A stretch of DNA of 26,995 nt from Chthoniobacteraceae bacterium (GCA_040081625.1 JBEBGD010000075.1:1-26995); one strand, 5' to 3'. Shown: positions 7,807 to 16,019, numbered from the stretch's first letter. The notes: a model not told the origin generated them from the sequence alone. Translations and numbers: made by a program.

Positions 7807-9726
7807 TCAACCCCGGAGTTCGGAGAGCTTCGTTTCGATCGCGGAGACGACTTCGGAAACTTCCACTCCTTTCATGCAGCGGAAGTCGATCGGGCACTCA
7901 CGCAGGAAACAGGGGCTGCACTCGACGTGATGCCGAAGGACGGTGTGACCTTCCCCGAGCGGGCCGGTGAGCGCGGGCTCGGTGCTGCCGAAGATCGCGA
8001 CGACCGGCACGCCGAGCGAGGCGGCGAGGTGCATCGTGCCGGTGTCGTTCGTGAGCAGGAGGTCGCACTTACGCAGCTCGGCGATCAGTTCCGCGAGCGT
8101 TGTGTTGCCGACGCGGTCGGTGGGGGGGGCGAGTGTGGGTGGTGAATTGTGGATCGTGGATGGTGAACGCAACTCCGCGAGGATGGCGTCGGCGACTTCG
8201 CGGTCCTTCTCCACGCCGAAGATGACCCACTCGGCAGGGATGGCGCGCATGACTTCGGCGAAACGCTCGGGGAGCCAGCGCTTGGCGGGGCCGTATTCGG
8301 CACCGGGGACGAGGCCGATGCGCGGGAGGTGATCGGTGACCGGTGATCGGTGATCGGTGACCGGTGATCGGTGATCGGTGGAGACGTCGGCGCCGATGTG
8401 CTCGGCGAGCGCGAGGTAGTGATGCACCTGATGCCGGGGCGCGGACGGCTTCTTGGATTTCTTTTCGCGGAAGACTTGATTGAGCAGCCACGAACGGCGG
8501 TGGCCGGCGTATCCCACGCGGCGCGGGATGCGGGCGAGCCAGGCTTCGAGCGCGGAGCGCACGGAGCTTGGGAAAAGGATCGCCGCGTCGAAACGGTCGC
8601 GGAGTTTTCGCGCGACATCGAACACTGTCTCGTCGCGCTCAATGGGGATGATGTCGTCCACTTCCACCACGGTGCGCCAGAGGTCGGCGAGCTTGGCCGG
8701 GGCGAGAATGGTGACGTGCGCGTCGGGCCGCCCGCGCTTGATCGCGCGCACGGCGGGGATGGTCATCACGGCGTCGCCGAGCCAGTTCGTCGAGCGGATC
8801 GCGATGCGGAAGGGCTTGGTCGCCGCGCCGGCCACGCCGCGTTTGTAAGTCGCGAGGAGAAACTTCGGCCGCGGCGTTTTCCAGCGGTTGTGGACCCAGA
8901 ACCAATCGGCGGGCACGCGGCGTATTTGGGTTTCGAGGGCGAGATTCAGGCGCGCGGTGAGGGTGTCGGCATCGCGTTCGGTGGCGGGGACCGGGGCATC
9001 GACGACGAGGCGCCAGCGGCCGGGGCCGGCGGAGTGGACGGCGGCGGAGATCAAGGCCGCGCCGGTGCGAAGCGCGAGCATCGCGGCGAGCGAGGTGGTG
9101 CTCGCGAGGCGCCCGAAGAGCGGGCACCACACGCCGGCGTCGCCCGCGTGTTGATCGATGAGCACGCCGACGACGCTCGGGCCGCGCAGCATTTTCATGG
9201 TGCCCTGGAAGCCTTCCTTCCGCTCGAAGAGTTGCAGGCCGAGTCGCGCACGGTCTTCGCGGACGGCGGCGTCGATGTGCGGATTGCCGAGCCGCTGGTA
9301 GATGGTGCCGAGCGGACACGCGAAGAGGACCGGGTAAAGCTGCGCGAAGAGTTCCCAGTTGCCGATGTGGCTGATGACCATGATGACGCCGCGCCCGGCG
9401 TCGTGCGCATTCGCGACGTGATCGAGGCCATCGATCTCGACCATCATGCGGATGCGCTCGCGGGAGAGCGCGGCGATCTTCACGCCACTCAGAAAATTCG
9501 CGCCGAGGCTGGCGAAATGTTCGCGGGCGATGGCGCGCCGTTCAGCCGCGGATTTCTCGTCGCCGAATGCGATGGCGAGATTGTGAATCGCGAGGCGGCG
9601 ATATGGGACGCCGAATACGTAGCCGAGCGACCCGAGTGCGCGACCGAGACGCCAGACGACGATCAGCGGGAGGAGGCGCAGGAGCGCGGCGACGGCGCGG
9701 TAGAGGAGGAAGACGAGGCGGTCCAT
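7807..9726 (-). CDS. Fusion: lipid A late acyltransferase (LpxL/HtrB-like) + GT9 LPS heptosyltransferase (WaaF-like)
   Basis: N-half 'SHIGNWE', 'LIDQH', 'WFWVHNRWK'; C-half 'NWLGDAVM', 'PGAEYGPAKRW', 'TNDTGTMHLAA', 'CSPCFLRECP'. Confidence 0.88.
   Translation of the reverse strand: MDRLVFLLYRAVAALLRLLPLIVVWRLGRALGSLGYVFGVPYRRLAIHNLAIAFGDEKSAAERRAIAREHFASLGANFLSGVKIAALSRERIRMMVEIDGLDHVANAHDAGRGVIMVISHIGNWELFAQLYPVLFACPLGTIYQRLGNPHIDAAVREDRARLGLQLFERKEGFQGTMKMLRGPSVVGVLIDQHAGDAGVWCPLFGRLASTTSLAAMLALRTGAALISAAVHSAGPGRWRLVVDAPVPATERDADTLTARLNLALETQIRRVPADWFWVHNRWKTPRPKFLLATYKRGVAGAATKPFRIAIRSTNWLGDAVMTIPAVRAIKRGRPDAHVTILAPAKLADLWRTVVEVDDIIPIERDETVFDVARKLRDRFDAAILFPSSVRSALEAWLARIPRRVGYAGHRRSWLLNQVFREKKSKKPSAPRHQVHHYLALAEHIGADVSTDHRSPVTDHRSPVTDHLPRIGLVPGAEYGPAKRWLPERFAEVMRAIPAEWVIFGVEKDREVADAILAELRSPSTIHNSPPTLAPPTDRVGNTTLAELIAELRKCDLLLTNDTGTMHLAASLGVPVVAIFGSTEPALTGPLGEGHTVLRHHVECSPCFLRECPIDFRCMKGVEVSEVVSAIETKLSELRG
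8142..8169. repeat. Degenerate 7-bp array in frame in the GT9 domain
   Basis: gtgaatt gtggatc gtggatg gtgaacg, encoding RSPSTIHNS. Confidence 0.6.
8329..8380. repeat. Heptamer tandem array (GTGATCG/GTGACCG)x7 in frame in the GT9 domain
   Basis: gtgatcg gtgaccg gtgatcg gtgatcg gtgaccg gtgatcg gtgatcg gtg, encoding TDHRSPVTDHRSPVTDH. Confidence 0.95.
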
Positions 9727-9766
9727 TCAGGCCGATCTGCACGAATGCCGAGGCGCCTGCGGCGGG

Positions 9767-9868
9767 CTTAACGTCAAACGCCAAACAGCAAACACCAAAC
9801 GCCAAAAGGGGCGCGCTGAACCTGATCGTTTGGTGTTTGGCGTTTGGCGTTTGGTGTTTGGTGTTGAG
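9767..9868. repeat. Intergenic inverted pair of heptamer arrays (CCAAACR)n / (YGTTTGG)n
   Basis: Arms 9767-9808 and 9827-9868, six 7-mers each, with an 18-nt spacer. Confidence 0.92.
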
Positions 9869-9926
9869 GCGCGCGCAGCTCCCCCTCGCCTTGCGAAAAC
9901 GCCCACGAACTTTCCGGCGCTGCTGC

Positions 9927-11531
9927 TCATCGCTTCTTCCAATACAGCGCCTTGAGCGGGTGCTCGTCGAGCAGGTTGGGCTCGAGGCCGCCGAGGCGCC
10001 CGGCGTCGTAGAACTGGATGCCGACGTAATAGTAAAGCGGCACGATCGGCGCCTCGTCGTGGACGAGGATGCGCTCGGCGACGCGGAAGATTTCGTCGCG
10101 CTTCGCCACGTCGGGCTCGCTGGCGGCGGCGGCGATGGCGTCGTCGAAGGCTTTGTTCGACCAGCCGGTGCGGTTGTTGCCGCCATTGGTCACGAACATA
10201 TCCATGAAGGTGTTCGGGTCGTTGTAGTCGCCGACCCACGACGAGCGGCAGATGTCGTAGTCGAGCTTGCTCTGCGAGTTGAGATAGACGGTCCATTCCT
10301 GCCGCGCGAGGAGCATGGTGACACCGAGCGTTTTCTGAAACATGGCCTGAAGCTCGACGGCGATGTCCTGGTCGAGATCGGAGTCTGCGCGGTAGAGGTA
10401 GTAGAAGATGGGGAAGCCTTTTCCGTCGGGAAAGCCGGCGTCGGCGAGGAGCTGGCGCGCGCGCGCGGGCTGCGGCTGGCCGTCCTTGAGCGTTGCGTCG
10501 GGCGGATCGGGTGGCTGGTAATTGTTCCCCGCGCCGGGCGGCACAAAGCTCCACGCGGGCAGCTCGCCGGCTCGCGTGATTTTTTCGGTGAGCAGCTTGC
10601 GATCGATCGCGAGGCTGAAGGCACGCCGGACGCGCGCGTCCTTGAACGGGCCGCGCGTGCAGTTGAAGCGGAAGAAGTAGTTTCCGAGGAAGGGCGCGGA
10701 GTGGAAGTCGGGGCGCTTTTTCAGCGCCTCCATGAGCGAGGTGGGCGCAAGGCCCTTGTCCATCATCAGGTCGGCGACGCCGGTCGCGTAGAAGTTGAAG
10801 GCGGTGTTCGGGCGCTGCGCGGGGAGCACGTCGATCGAGTTGAGCTTCACCGCGTCGGCGTTCCAGTAGGTCGGGTTTTTCACGAGCCGCAGCCGGTCGA
10901 AGAGCCGCCATTCCTTGAGCGTGAAGGCGCCGTTGCCGACGTGGTGCTCGGGGTTCGATGACCAGTCGGAATATTTCTCCACCGTGGCGCGATGCACCGG
11001 CACGAGCGTGGCGAAGGCGCAGAGATCGAGGAAGAAGGGCGTCGGATTTTCGAGCGTGACCTCGAGCGTGAAGTCGTCCGGCACGCGCACGCCGACCTGC
11101 GCGAAGTCGGCGATCTTGCCTTCGTTGAAGGCGCGCGCGTTGCGGATGTAGTGGAGCTGGTAGGCGTATTCGGCGGCGTTCTCCGGCAGCAGCGCGCGGC
11201 GCCACGACCACGCGAAGTCGTGCGCGGTGACGGTGTCGCCATTGCTCCAGCGCGCATTTTTCCGGAGGTGAAAAGTATAGACGCGACCGTCGGGCGAGAT
11301 CTCCCAGCGCTCGGCGACGCCCGGCTGCGGCTTGCTGAACGCATCGAATGCCGTGAGCCCCTCGAGCAGCGCGTAGATGATGCGGCCGGTGGCCTGCGCG
11401 GTGGAGAAGACCGGGTCGAGCAGCTCAGGCTCGGAACCGTTGATGAAGACCAACTCCGCGCGATCCATGGCGCGGCGGCAGCCGCTCAGCGCGAACGCGA
11501 GCGCGAGGACGAGGCAGAGCAGGCGCGGCAT
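9927..11531 (-). CDS. Peptide ABC transporter substrate-binding lipoprotein (SBP family 5, OppA-like)
   Basis: Lipobox 'ALSGC', 'PGVAERWEISPDGRVYTFHLRKNARWSNG', 'VRRAFSLAIDR', 'WVGDYNDP'. Confidence 0.92.
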   Translation of the reverse strand: MPRLLCLVLALAFALSGCRRAMDRAELVFINGSEPELLDPVFSTAQATGRIIYALLEGLTAFDAFSKPQPGVAERWEISPDGRVYTFHLRKNARWSNGDTVTAHDFAWSWRRALLPENAAEYAYQLHYIRNARAFNEGKIADFAQVGVRVPDDFTLEVTLENPTPFFLDLCAFATLVPVHRATVEKYSDWSSNPEHHVGNGAFTLKEWRLFDRLRLVKNPTYWNADAVKLNSIDVLPAQRPNTAFNFYATGVADLMMDKGLAPTSLMEALKKRPDFHSAPFLGNYFFRFNCTRGPFKDARVRRAFSLAIDRKLLTEKITRAGELPAWSFVPPGAGNNYQPPDPPDATLKDGQPQPARARQLLADAGFPDGKGFPIFYYLYRADSDLDQDIAVELQAMFQKTLGVTMLLARQEWTVYLNSQSKLDYDICRSSWVGDYNDPNTFMDMFVTNGGNNRTGWSNKAFDDAIAAAASEPDVAKRDEIFRVAERILVHDEAPIVPLYYYVGIQFYDAGRLGGLEPNLLDEHPLKALYWKKR

Positions 11532-11603
11532 GTGAATGGTGATGAGTGATCGGTGAGCGGACGGAGCAGTATCTCCATCCTCCGTTCACCTGTCACTATT
11601 CAG
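11532..11603. repeat. Degenerate inverted pair of GTGA-type heptamer arrays
   Basis: gtgaatg gtgatga gtgatcg gtgagcg ... cgttcac ctgtcac tattcag; GGTGAGCGGA (11552-11561) pairs with TCCGTTCACC (11581-11590). Confidence 0.7.
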
Positions 11604-12105
11604 CCGGCTTGGGCGGCGCGGGCGGCGCCGGGGCCGGCGTGGCGGGAGCGGGAGTCGCCGGCGCGGGGATCGCGCCGGGGGCGGGCGTAGCCGGAGCCGG
11701 CGTGGGCTTGGCAGGGGCCGGCGACGCGGGCGCCGGAGTGCCGGTGACTTTCACCGGTTCCGATGCGGCCGTCGGCGCTGGCTCGCCCGACGTGACGGGG
11801 GCGGGCGCTGGCGTCGCAAGTGCCTTCTCGGCAGCGAGCCGCTTCGCGATGCCGGTCTTCGTGCCCGTGTTTTTCACGTAGAGCCACGAGAGGAGCATCG
11901 TGAGGGCAAAGAATGCGATTCCAAGACTGCGAGTAAGCTTTTGCAGCACGTTGGTCGTCTGCGCGCCGAAGAGGTTGTCGGTGACGCCGCCGCCAAATGC
12001 CGCGCCGAGGCCTTCGTTCTTCGGGCGCTGCATGAGCACGAGCAGAATGATCAGGAGGGCGACGATGACTTCGAAGACGAGGAGGATGTTGATGAGGATT
12101 TGCAT
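11596..12105 (-). CDS. secG: Preprotein translocase subunit SecG with Pro/Ala-rich tail
   Basis: 'LVLMQRPKNEGLGAAFGGG...LFG....NVLQKLT' signature with two TM helices. Confidence 0.93.
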   Translation of the reverse strand: MQILINILLVFEVIVALLIILLVLMQRPKNEGLGAAFGGGVTDNLFGAQTTNVLQKLTRSLGIAFFALTMLLSWLYVKNTGTKTGIAKRLAAEKALATPAPAPVTSGEPAPTAASEPVKVTGTPAPASPAPAKPTPAPATPAPGAIPAPATPAPATPAPAPPAPPKPAE

Positions 12106-12176
12106 GTCCGTTGGCTCTGGCGAAAGGGCGCGGACGTTAGCGGTCGTGTCGCTGGGTGCAAAGGGGAAGTTTCCGT

Positions 12177-12262
12177 CCTCTGCTTCTCCTTCTTCATCTT
12201 CATCTTCGCCTCAATTGCGTGGAATGGAGGGAAGGAAGCAGATGATGAAGCAGAAGCAGAGG
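12177..12262. repeat. Inverted pair of approximately 6-bp-period arrays (TGCTTC/TTCATC vs GAAGCA/GATGAT)
   Basis: 12177-12204 matches the reverse complement of 12235-12262 at 24/28; divergent intergenic region. Confidence 0.8.
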
Positions 12263-12305
12263 GAACGACGTGGACTTCGCACGTCGATTCGCCTACCCAA
12301 ATGCA

Positions 12306-13154
12306 ATGAATCGCCTCTTCGCCGTCCTGACCCTCCTCGCCCTCGCCACGTCCGCGCTCGCCGGCGATTTCAAGGGCACCGCCGGGCTCCAGCTCTACAG
12401 CCTGCGCGAGATGATGAAGACGGACCTGCCCGGCGCGCTCGATCGCGCGAAGGCGTTCGGCTTCACGGAAGTCGAGGGCGGCGGATTCATCAAGGCGGCG
12501 CCCGGGGAACTCGTCGCGATGCTCAAGGAGCGCGGGATGACGCTTGTGAGCACGCATTTTTCCTTCAAGCCGCTCGCGGAAAATCTGGACCAATGCGTGA
12601 AGGAGGCGCAGGCGCTCGGCGTGAAGTTCGCGGTGTGTCCGTGGATCGACCACGAGATCGGGAACTTCGGCGACGCCGATGTGCAGAAGGCGGCGGCGGT
12701 GTTCAATCGCGCGGGAAAGGCGTTCCAGAATGCGGGCATCAGCTTCGGCTACCACGTCCACGGGTTTGAGTTCCGACCGGTGGCCGAGGGCGCGAGCGAG
12801 ACGTTTTTCGACCGCCTGGCTGCGGCGACGAGCCCGGAGCTGGTGGGCTTCGAGATGGATGTGCTCTGGGTCGTGCTGCCGGGCGCGGACCCGGTGAAGC
12901 TGCTCGAGAAATACGGCAGCCGCTGGCAGCTCATGCACCTCAAGGATCTCAAGAAAGGCGTGCGCACGGGCGTCTATACCGGCAAGACCGAGCTCACCAA
13001 TGACGTCGCGCTGGGCACCGGCCAGGTCGATTGGCCCGCCGTGCTCCGCACCGCCGCGAAGGTGGGTGTGAAGCACTACTTCATCGAGGACGAGTCGCCG
13101 ACCGTGCTCGACCAGATCCCGGCGAGCCTCGCCTATCTCAAGACGCTGAATTAA
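12306..13154 (+). CDS. Exported sugar phosphate isomerase/epimerase (AP_endonuc_2 TIM barrel)
   Basis: Signal peptide MNRLFAVL..., 'GLQLYSLRE', 'YHVHGFEF', 'FEMDVLW', 'MHLKD', 'FIEDE'. Confidence 0.88.
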   Translation: MNRLFAVLTLLALATSALAGDFKGTAGLQLYSLREMMKTDLPGALDRAKAFGFTEVEGGGFIKAAPGELVAMLKERGMTLVSTHFSFKPLAENLDQCVKEAQALGVKFAVCPWIDHEIGNFGDADVQKAAAVFNRAGKAFQNAGISFGYHVHGFEFRPVAEGASETFFDRLAAATSPELVGFEMDVLWVVLPGADPVKLLEKYGSRWQLMHLKDLKKGVRTGVYTGKTELTNDVALGTGQVDWPAVLRTAAKVGVKHYFIEDESPTVLDQIPASLAYLKTLN

Positions 13155-13735
13155 TTCGCGCCGTTGCCGATGATCGTCGGCGACGCATTCTGCGCGAACT
13201 GCAGGGAGAGCGAGCCGGGGATCACTTCCACGCGGGCGCCGACGCCGACGATATTGTAGAGCGAGATGACATCGCGCGAACGCATCCGGATGCAGCCGTA
13301 ACTCACCGGCCGGCCGATGTTGCGCTCCTCGGCGGTGCCGTGGATGTAGATACCGCGGCCGAAGGCGCGGCTGTTCCGCGACTCGAGGCCACGAAGCCAG
13401 AGGATGCGGGTGACGATCGGATCGCGGCCCGGCGCGTCGATCTTCACGACTTCGCCAGTCGCGCGGCGGCTCTTGAATTTCATGCCGACGGGAGCGCCGC
13501 CGCCGATCTTTTTCGCGATCTCCATCTTCCCCAACGGGGTCCGATACGAGCCGCGACCGTCACCGAGGCCAAACTTCGAGGTCGAGACGTCGTAAGCCGC
13601 GACCGTCCGATCCTGGCGCAAAACGACCATCCTCTGGTCGGCGACGCTGACCCGGACGGTATGCATGGAATCTTTCTGCGCACAGCCGCCGAGAAGCGTC
13701 GCAAGGGCAAGAAAGGGAAGGATGCTGGTTTTCAA
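13151..13735 (-). CDS. L,D-transpeptidase (YkuD domain) lipoprotein
   Basis: Lipobox 'LLGGC', 'YRTPLG', 'IYIHGT...GRPVSYGCIRM'. Start uncertain (TTG 13735 chosen). Confidence 0.85.
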   Translation of the reverse strand: MKTSILPFLALATLLGGCAQKDSMHTVRVSVADQRMVVLRQDRTVAAYDVSTSKFGLGDGRGSYRTPLGKMEIAKKIGGGAPVGMKFKSRRATGEVVKIDAPGRDPIVTRILWLRGLESRNSRAFGRGIYIHGTAEERNIGRPVSYGCIRMRSRDVISLYNIVGVGARVEVIPGSLSLQFAQNASPTIIGNGAN

Positions 13736-13800
13736 AGCGAGGATATAAGAAGAGGCATGACCGGCTAAAGCAAGCACCGAGCCGAAGGCCCGCGCCGGGC

Positions 13801-14457
13801 TCAGGTAAGAGCGAGCAGCGCGAGCATCCGCCCGGTAAGGCCCCTTTCGACACGGTAAGAGTAATACCGTTCAACATTCAGGCCGGTGCAGGTGGCGCAG
13901 TCGTGAACTTCCCGCACGCCCGCCTCGCGCGCCTGCCGCACAATCGCGGCGGCAAAGTCGATCTCGTAGAGGGGTGGCCGGATGCACGGACCGAGCTGCA
14001 CGATCATCGCCGCCGGATCGCAGCCAAACTCGCACGCCATCGTGCGGATCGCGACCGCGGTGATCCCCTGCTCGGTGCCTTTTCGGCCGGAGTGCAGCAG
14101 CGCGACCACTCGACGCGCGGCATCGACGACATACACCGGGCCGCAGTCCGCGACGTGGATGCCGAGGCACACGCGCGGATCGGCGGTGATCAACCCGTCG
14201 GCGTTTGCGACGGGCGCGGTGCTCGCGGAATCGACGACCACGACGCCGGCTCCGTGGACCTGCTCCGCAGTGATCAGCGCGCGCCCGCCCAGCCCGAGCC
14301 GATCGCGCGCGCTCGCGTGAGCCCGCTCGAGACGCCCGATCGCGCTCTCGCGGTCGGCCTTCACATCCACGCCCTCCACGCGGCCGACGAAGCCGTGAAC
14401 CACTCCCGGCAGCGCGGTGAGCGCCGGGAAAGTTTCGACGCGCACGCCTTCGCTCAC
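13801..14457 (-). CDS. pgeF: PgeF/YfiH family (laccase-domain, peptidoglycan editing/purine nucleoside enzyme)
   Basis: 'EQVHG', 'ADGLIT', 'VADCGPV', 'HSG', 'GPCI', 'YYSYR'. GTG start overlaps the tolC stop. Confidence 0.85.
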   Translation of the reverse strand: MSEGVRVETFPALTALPGVVHGFVGRVEGVDVKADRESAIGRLERAHASARDRLGLGGRALITAEQVHGAGVVVVDSASTAPVANADGLITADPRVCLGIHVADCGPVYVVDAARRVVALLHSGRKGTEQGITAVAIRTMACEFGCDPAAMIVQLGPCIRPPLYEIDFAAAIVRQAREAGVREVHDCATCTGLNVERYYSYRVERGLTGRMLALLALT

Positions 14458-16019
14458 TTCTTCTTCTTCTTCGCCGGGCCAGGGTTGGCCGGGCGCATCG
14501 GGGTGTTCGGCCGGGCTTCCTCCACCGGCCTTTCGCCCAGGATCTTTTGCTCGAGCTTTTCGAGAGGATCGCGGAAGGGATCGATATAGGTCGTGTCGGC
14601 GGAGATCGTGCGGTCGAACTCGGCGACGGTGATGTTGTAGTTGCCGCGCGACTGAAGCTCCGTGGTGCGCGCCTGCGTGAGCTGCGTGCGGGCATTGAGC
14701 ACATCGAGCTGAGTGCCCGCGCCGGCGGAGAAGCGCTCGTTCGCCAGCCGCAGCGCCTCGACGGCCTGCTCGACGACTTTCTGCTGGCTGCGGATCGTCT
14801 CGCGCTGGGAGCGGAGGTTCGCGAAGGCCTGCTGCACCTCGAGTTCCACCTGCAGCACGCTGTCCTTGTAGATGATCTGCGATTGCTCGAACTGAGCGCG
14901 CGCCTGCTTGAGGTTCCCGTGCGTCTCGAGGCCGTCGAAAATATCCCACCGGCCCGTGAATCCGATGAACCAGCCATCGACATGACTCTCGATGTCCTCG
15001 GTCAGGCGCGAGTTGCGGAAAAGGTAGCCGCCGGTTGCGTTGATGCGCGGCTTGTAGCCCGCGGCGGCGATGTGGATCTGCTCAGCCTGGATCTTGATCT
15101 GCAGCCGCTGGACCTTGAGCGAAGGCCGCCGCGCCTTGCCCAGTTCGAGCGCCTGGATGATGTCGAAGGGCCGCTCGACGATGGTGATCGCGCCGACGCA
15201 CTTGAACGTCGGCTCGCCGCCGGGGCCGGGATCGAGGCCGAGCGTCTTCGCGAGCTGGATCTGCGAGATGAGGTAGTTGTTCTTTGCCTGGATGAGCAGC
15301 GGCACGACGTTGGCGAGCGCGACTTCGGCCGTGATGACGTTGAAGCGCGGCACCGTGCCGGCTTCGAAGCGGTTCTGCTGATCCTTGAGCTGATCCTCCT
15401 GCAGTTTCACGGTCTCCTCCGCGACATCGATCAGCGAGCGGTTCGTGAGCACCGCGTAAAACTGCCCGCGTGTCGTGGCGACGACGCGATCGATCACGTC
15501 GCGAAGCTGCCAGTAAGCGATGTCTTCGCCGAACTTCGCCGCGGAAATCCCCGCGCGAATCGCGCCGCCCGCATAGAGCGCCTGCCGGATTTCCAGGCTC
15601 ACCTGCCACGTCTTGTCGGGCGATGCCCGGAAGGCTTCGCTGCTCGATGAAAAGAGCGAGCTCAAGTCGAGCGTCTGACCATCCGCGAGCGGGATCAGGA
15701 TGTTCGTCCCACTCCCGCTGCCGCCCGAGCCGCCCCTGTTCTCGTCGAAGGATTTCGACTCCTGGTTGTAGCTGGCCAGCAAGGCGAGGTGCGGCAGCGC
15801 AGCGGCGCGCGCGGTGATCACCAGCCCCCGCGTGCGCTCGATCTCCTGGAGTTGCCTGAGGATGTCCGGATTCTGCTGGAGCGCGAGCTTGATCGCCCCC
15901 TCGATCGTGAGGTTGCCGGTGATCTGCCGCGTCACCGCCCGACCGGCGAGGACGATTTCTTCCGCGTGGGAGAAAACGGTGAGCGCGAGAGTGACGGCGA
16001 GCGCGAGGCGTAGAATCAT
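14454..16019 (-). CDS. TolC family outer membrane efflux protein
   Basis: Signal peptide, 'AIKLALQQNP', two OEP repeats ('RFEAGT', 'RFSAGAGTQLDVLNA'). ATG 16019 overlaps the marR stop. Confidence 0.9.
   Translation of the reverse strand: MILRLALAVTLALTVFSHAEEIVLAGRAVTRQITGNLTIEGAIKLALQQNPDILRQLQEIERTRGLVITARAAALPHLALLASYNQESKSFDENRGGSGGSGSGTNILIPLADGQTLDLSSLFSSSSEAFRASPDKTWQVSLEIRQALYAGGAIRAGISAAKFGEDIAYWQLRDVIDRVVATTRGQFYAVLTNRSLIDVAEETVKLQEDQLKDQQNRFEAGTVPRFNVITAEVALANVVPLLIQAKNNYLISQIQLAKTLGLDPGPGGEPTFKCVGAITIVERPFDIIQALELGKARRPSLKVQRLQIKIQAEQIHIAAAGYKPRINATGGYLFRNSRLTEDIESHVDGWFIGFTGRWDIFDGLETHGNLKQARAQFEQSQIIYKDSVLQVELEVQQAFANLRSQRETIRSQQKVVEQAVEALRLANERFSAGAGTQLDVLNARTQLTQARTTELQSRGNYNITVAEFDRTISADTTYIDPFRDPLEKLEQKILGERPVEEARPNTPMRPANPGPAKKKKK

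Noticed and set aside
8329..9868. CRISPR array
   Set aside because: The repeats are contiguous 7-mers without unique spacers, and there are no cas genes.
11600..11830. PATPA repeats in the SecG tail
   Set aside because: Protein-level Pro/Ala linker with mixed codons; not a DNA repeat element.
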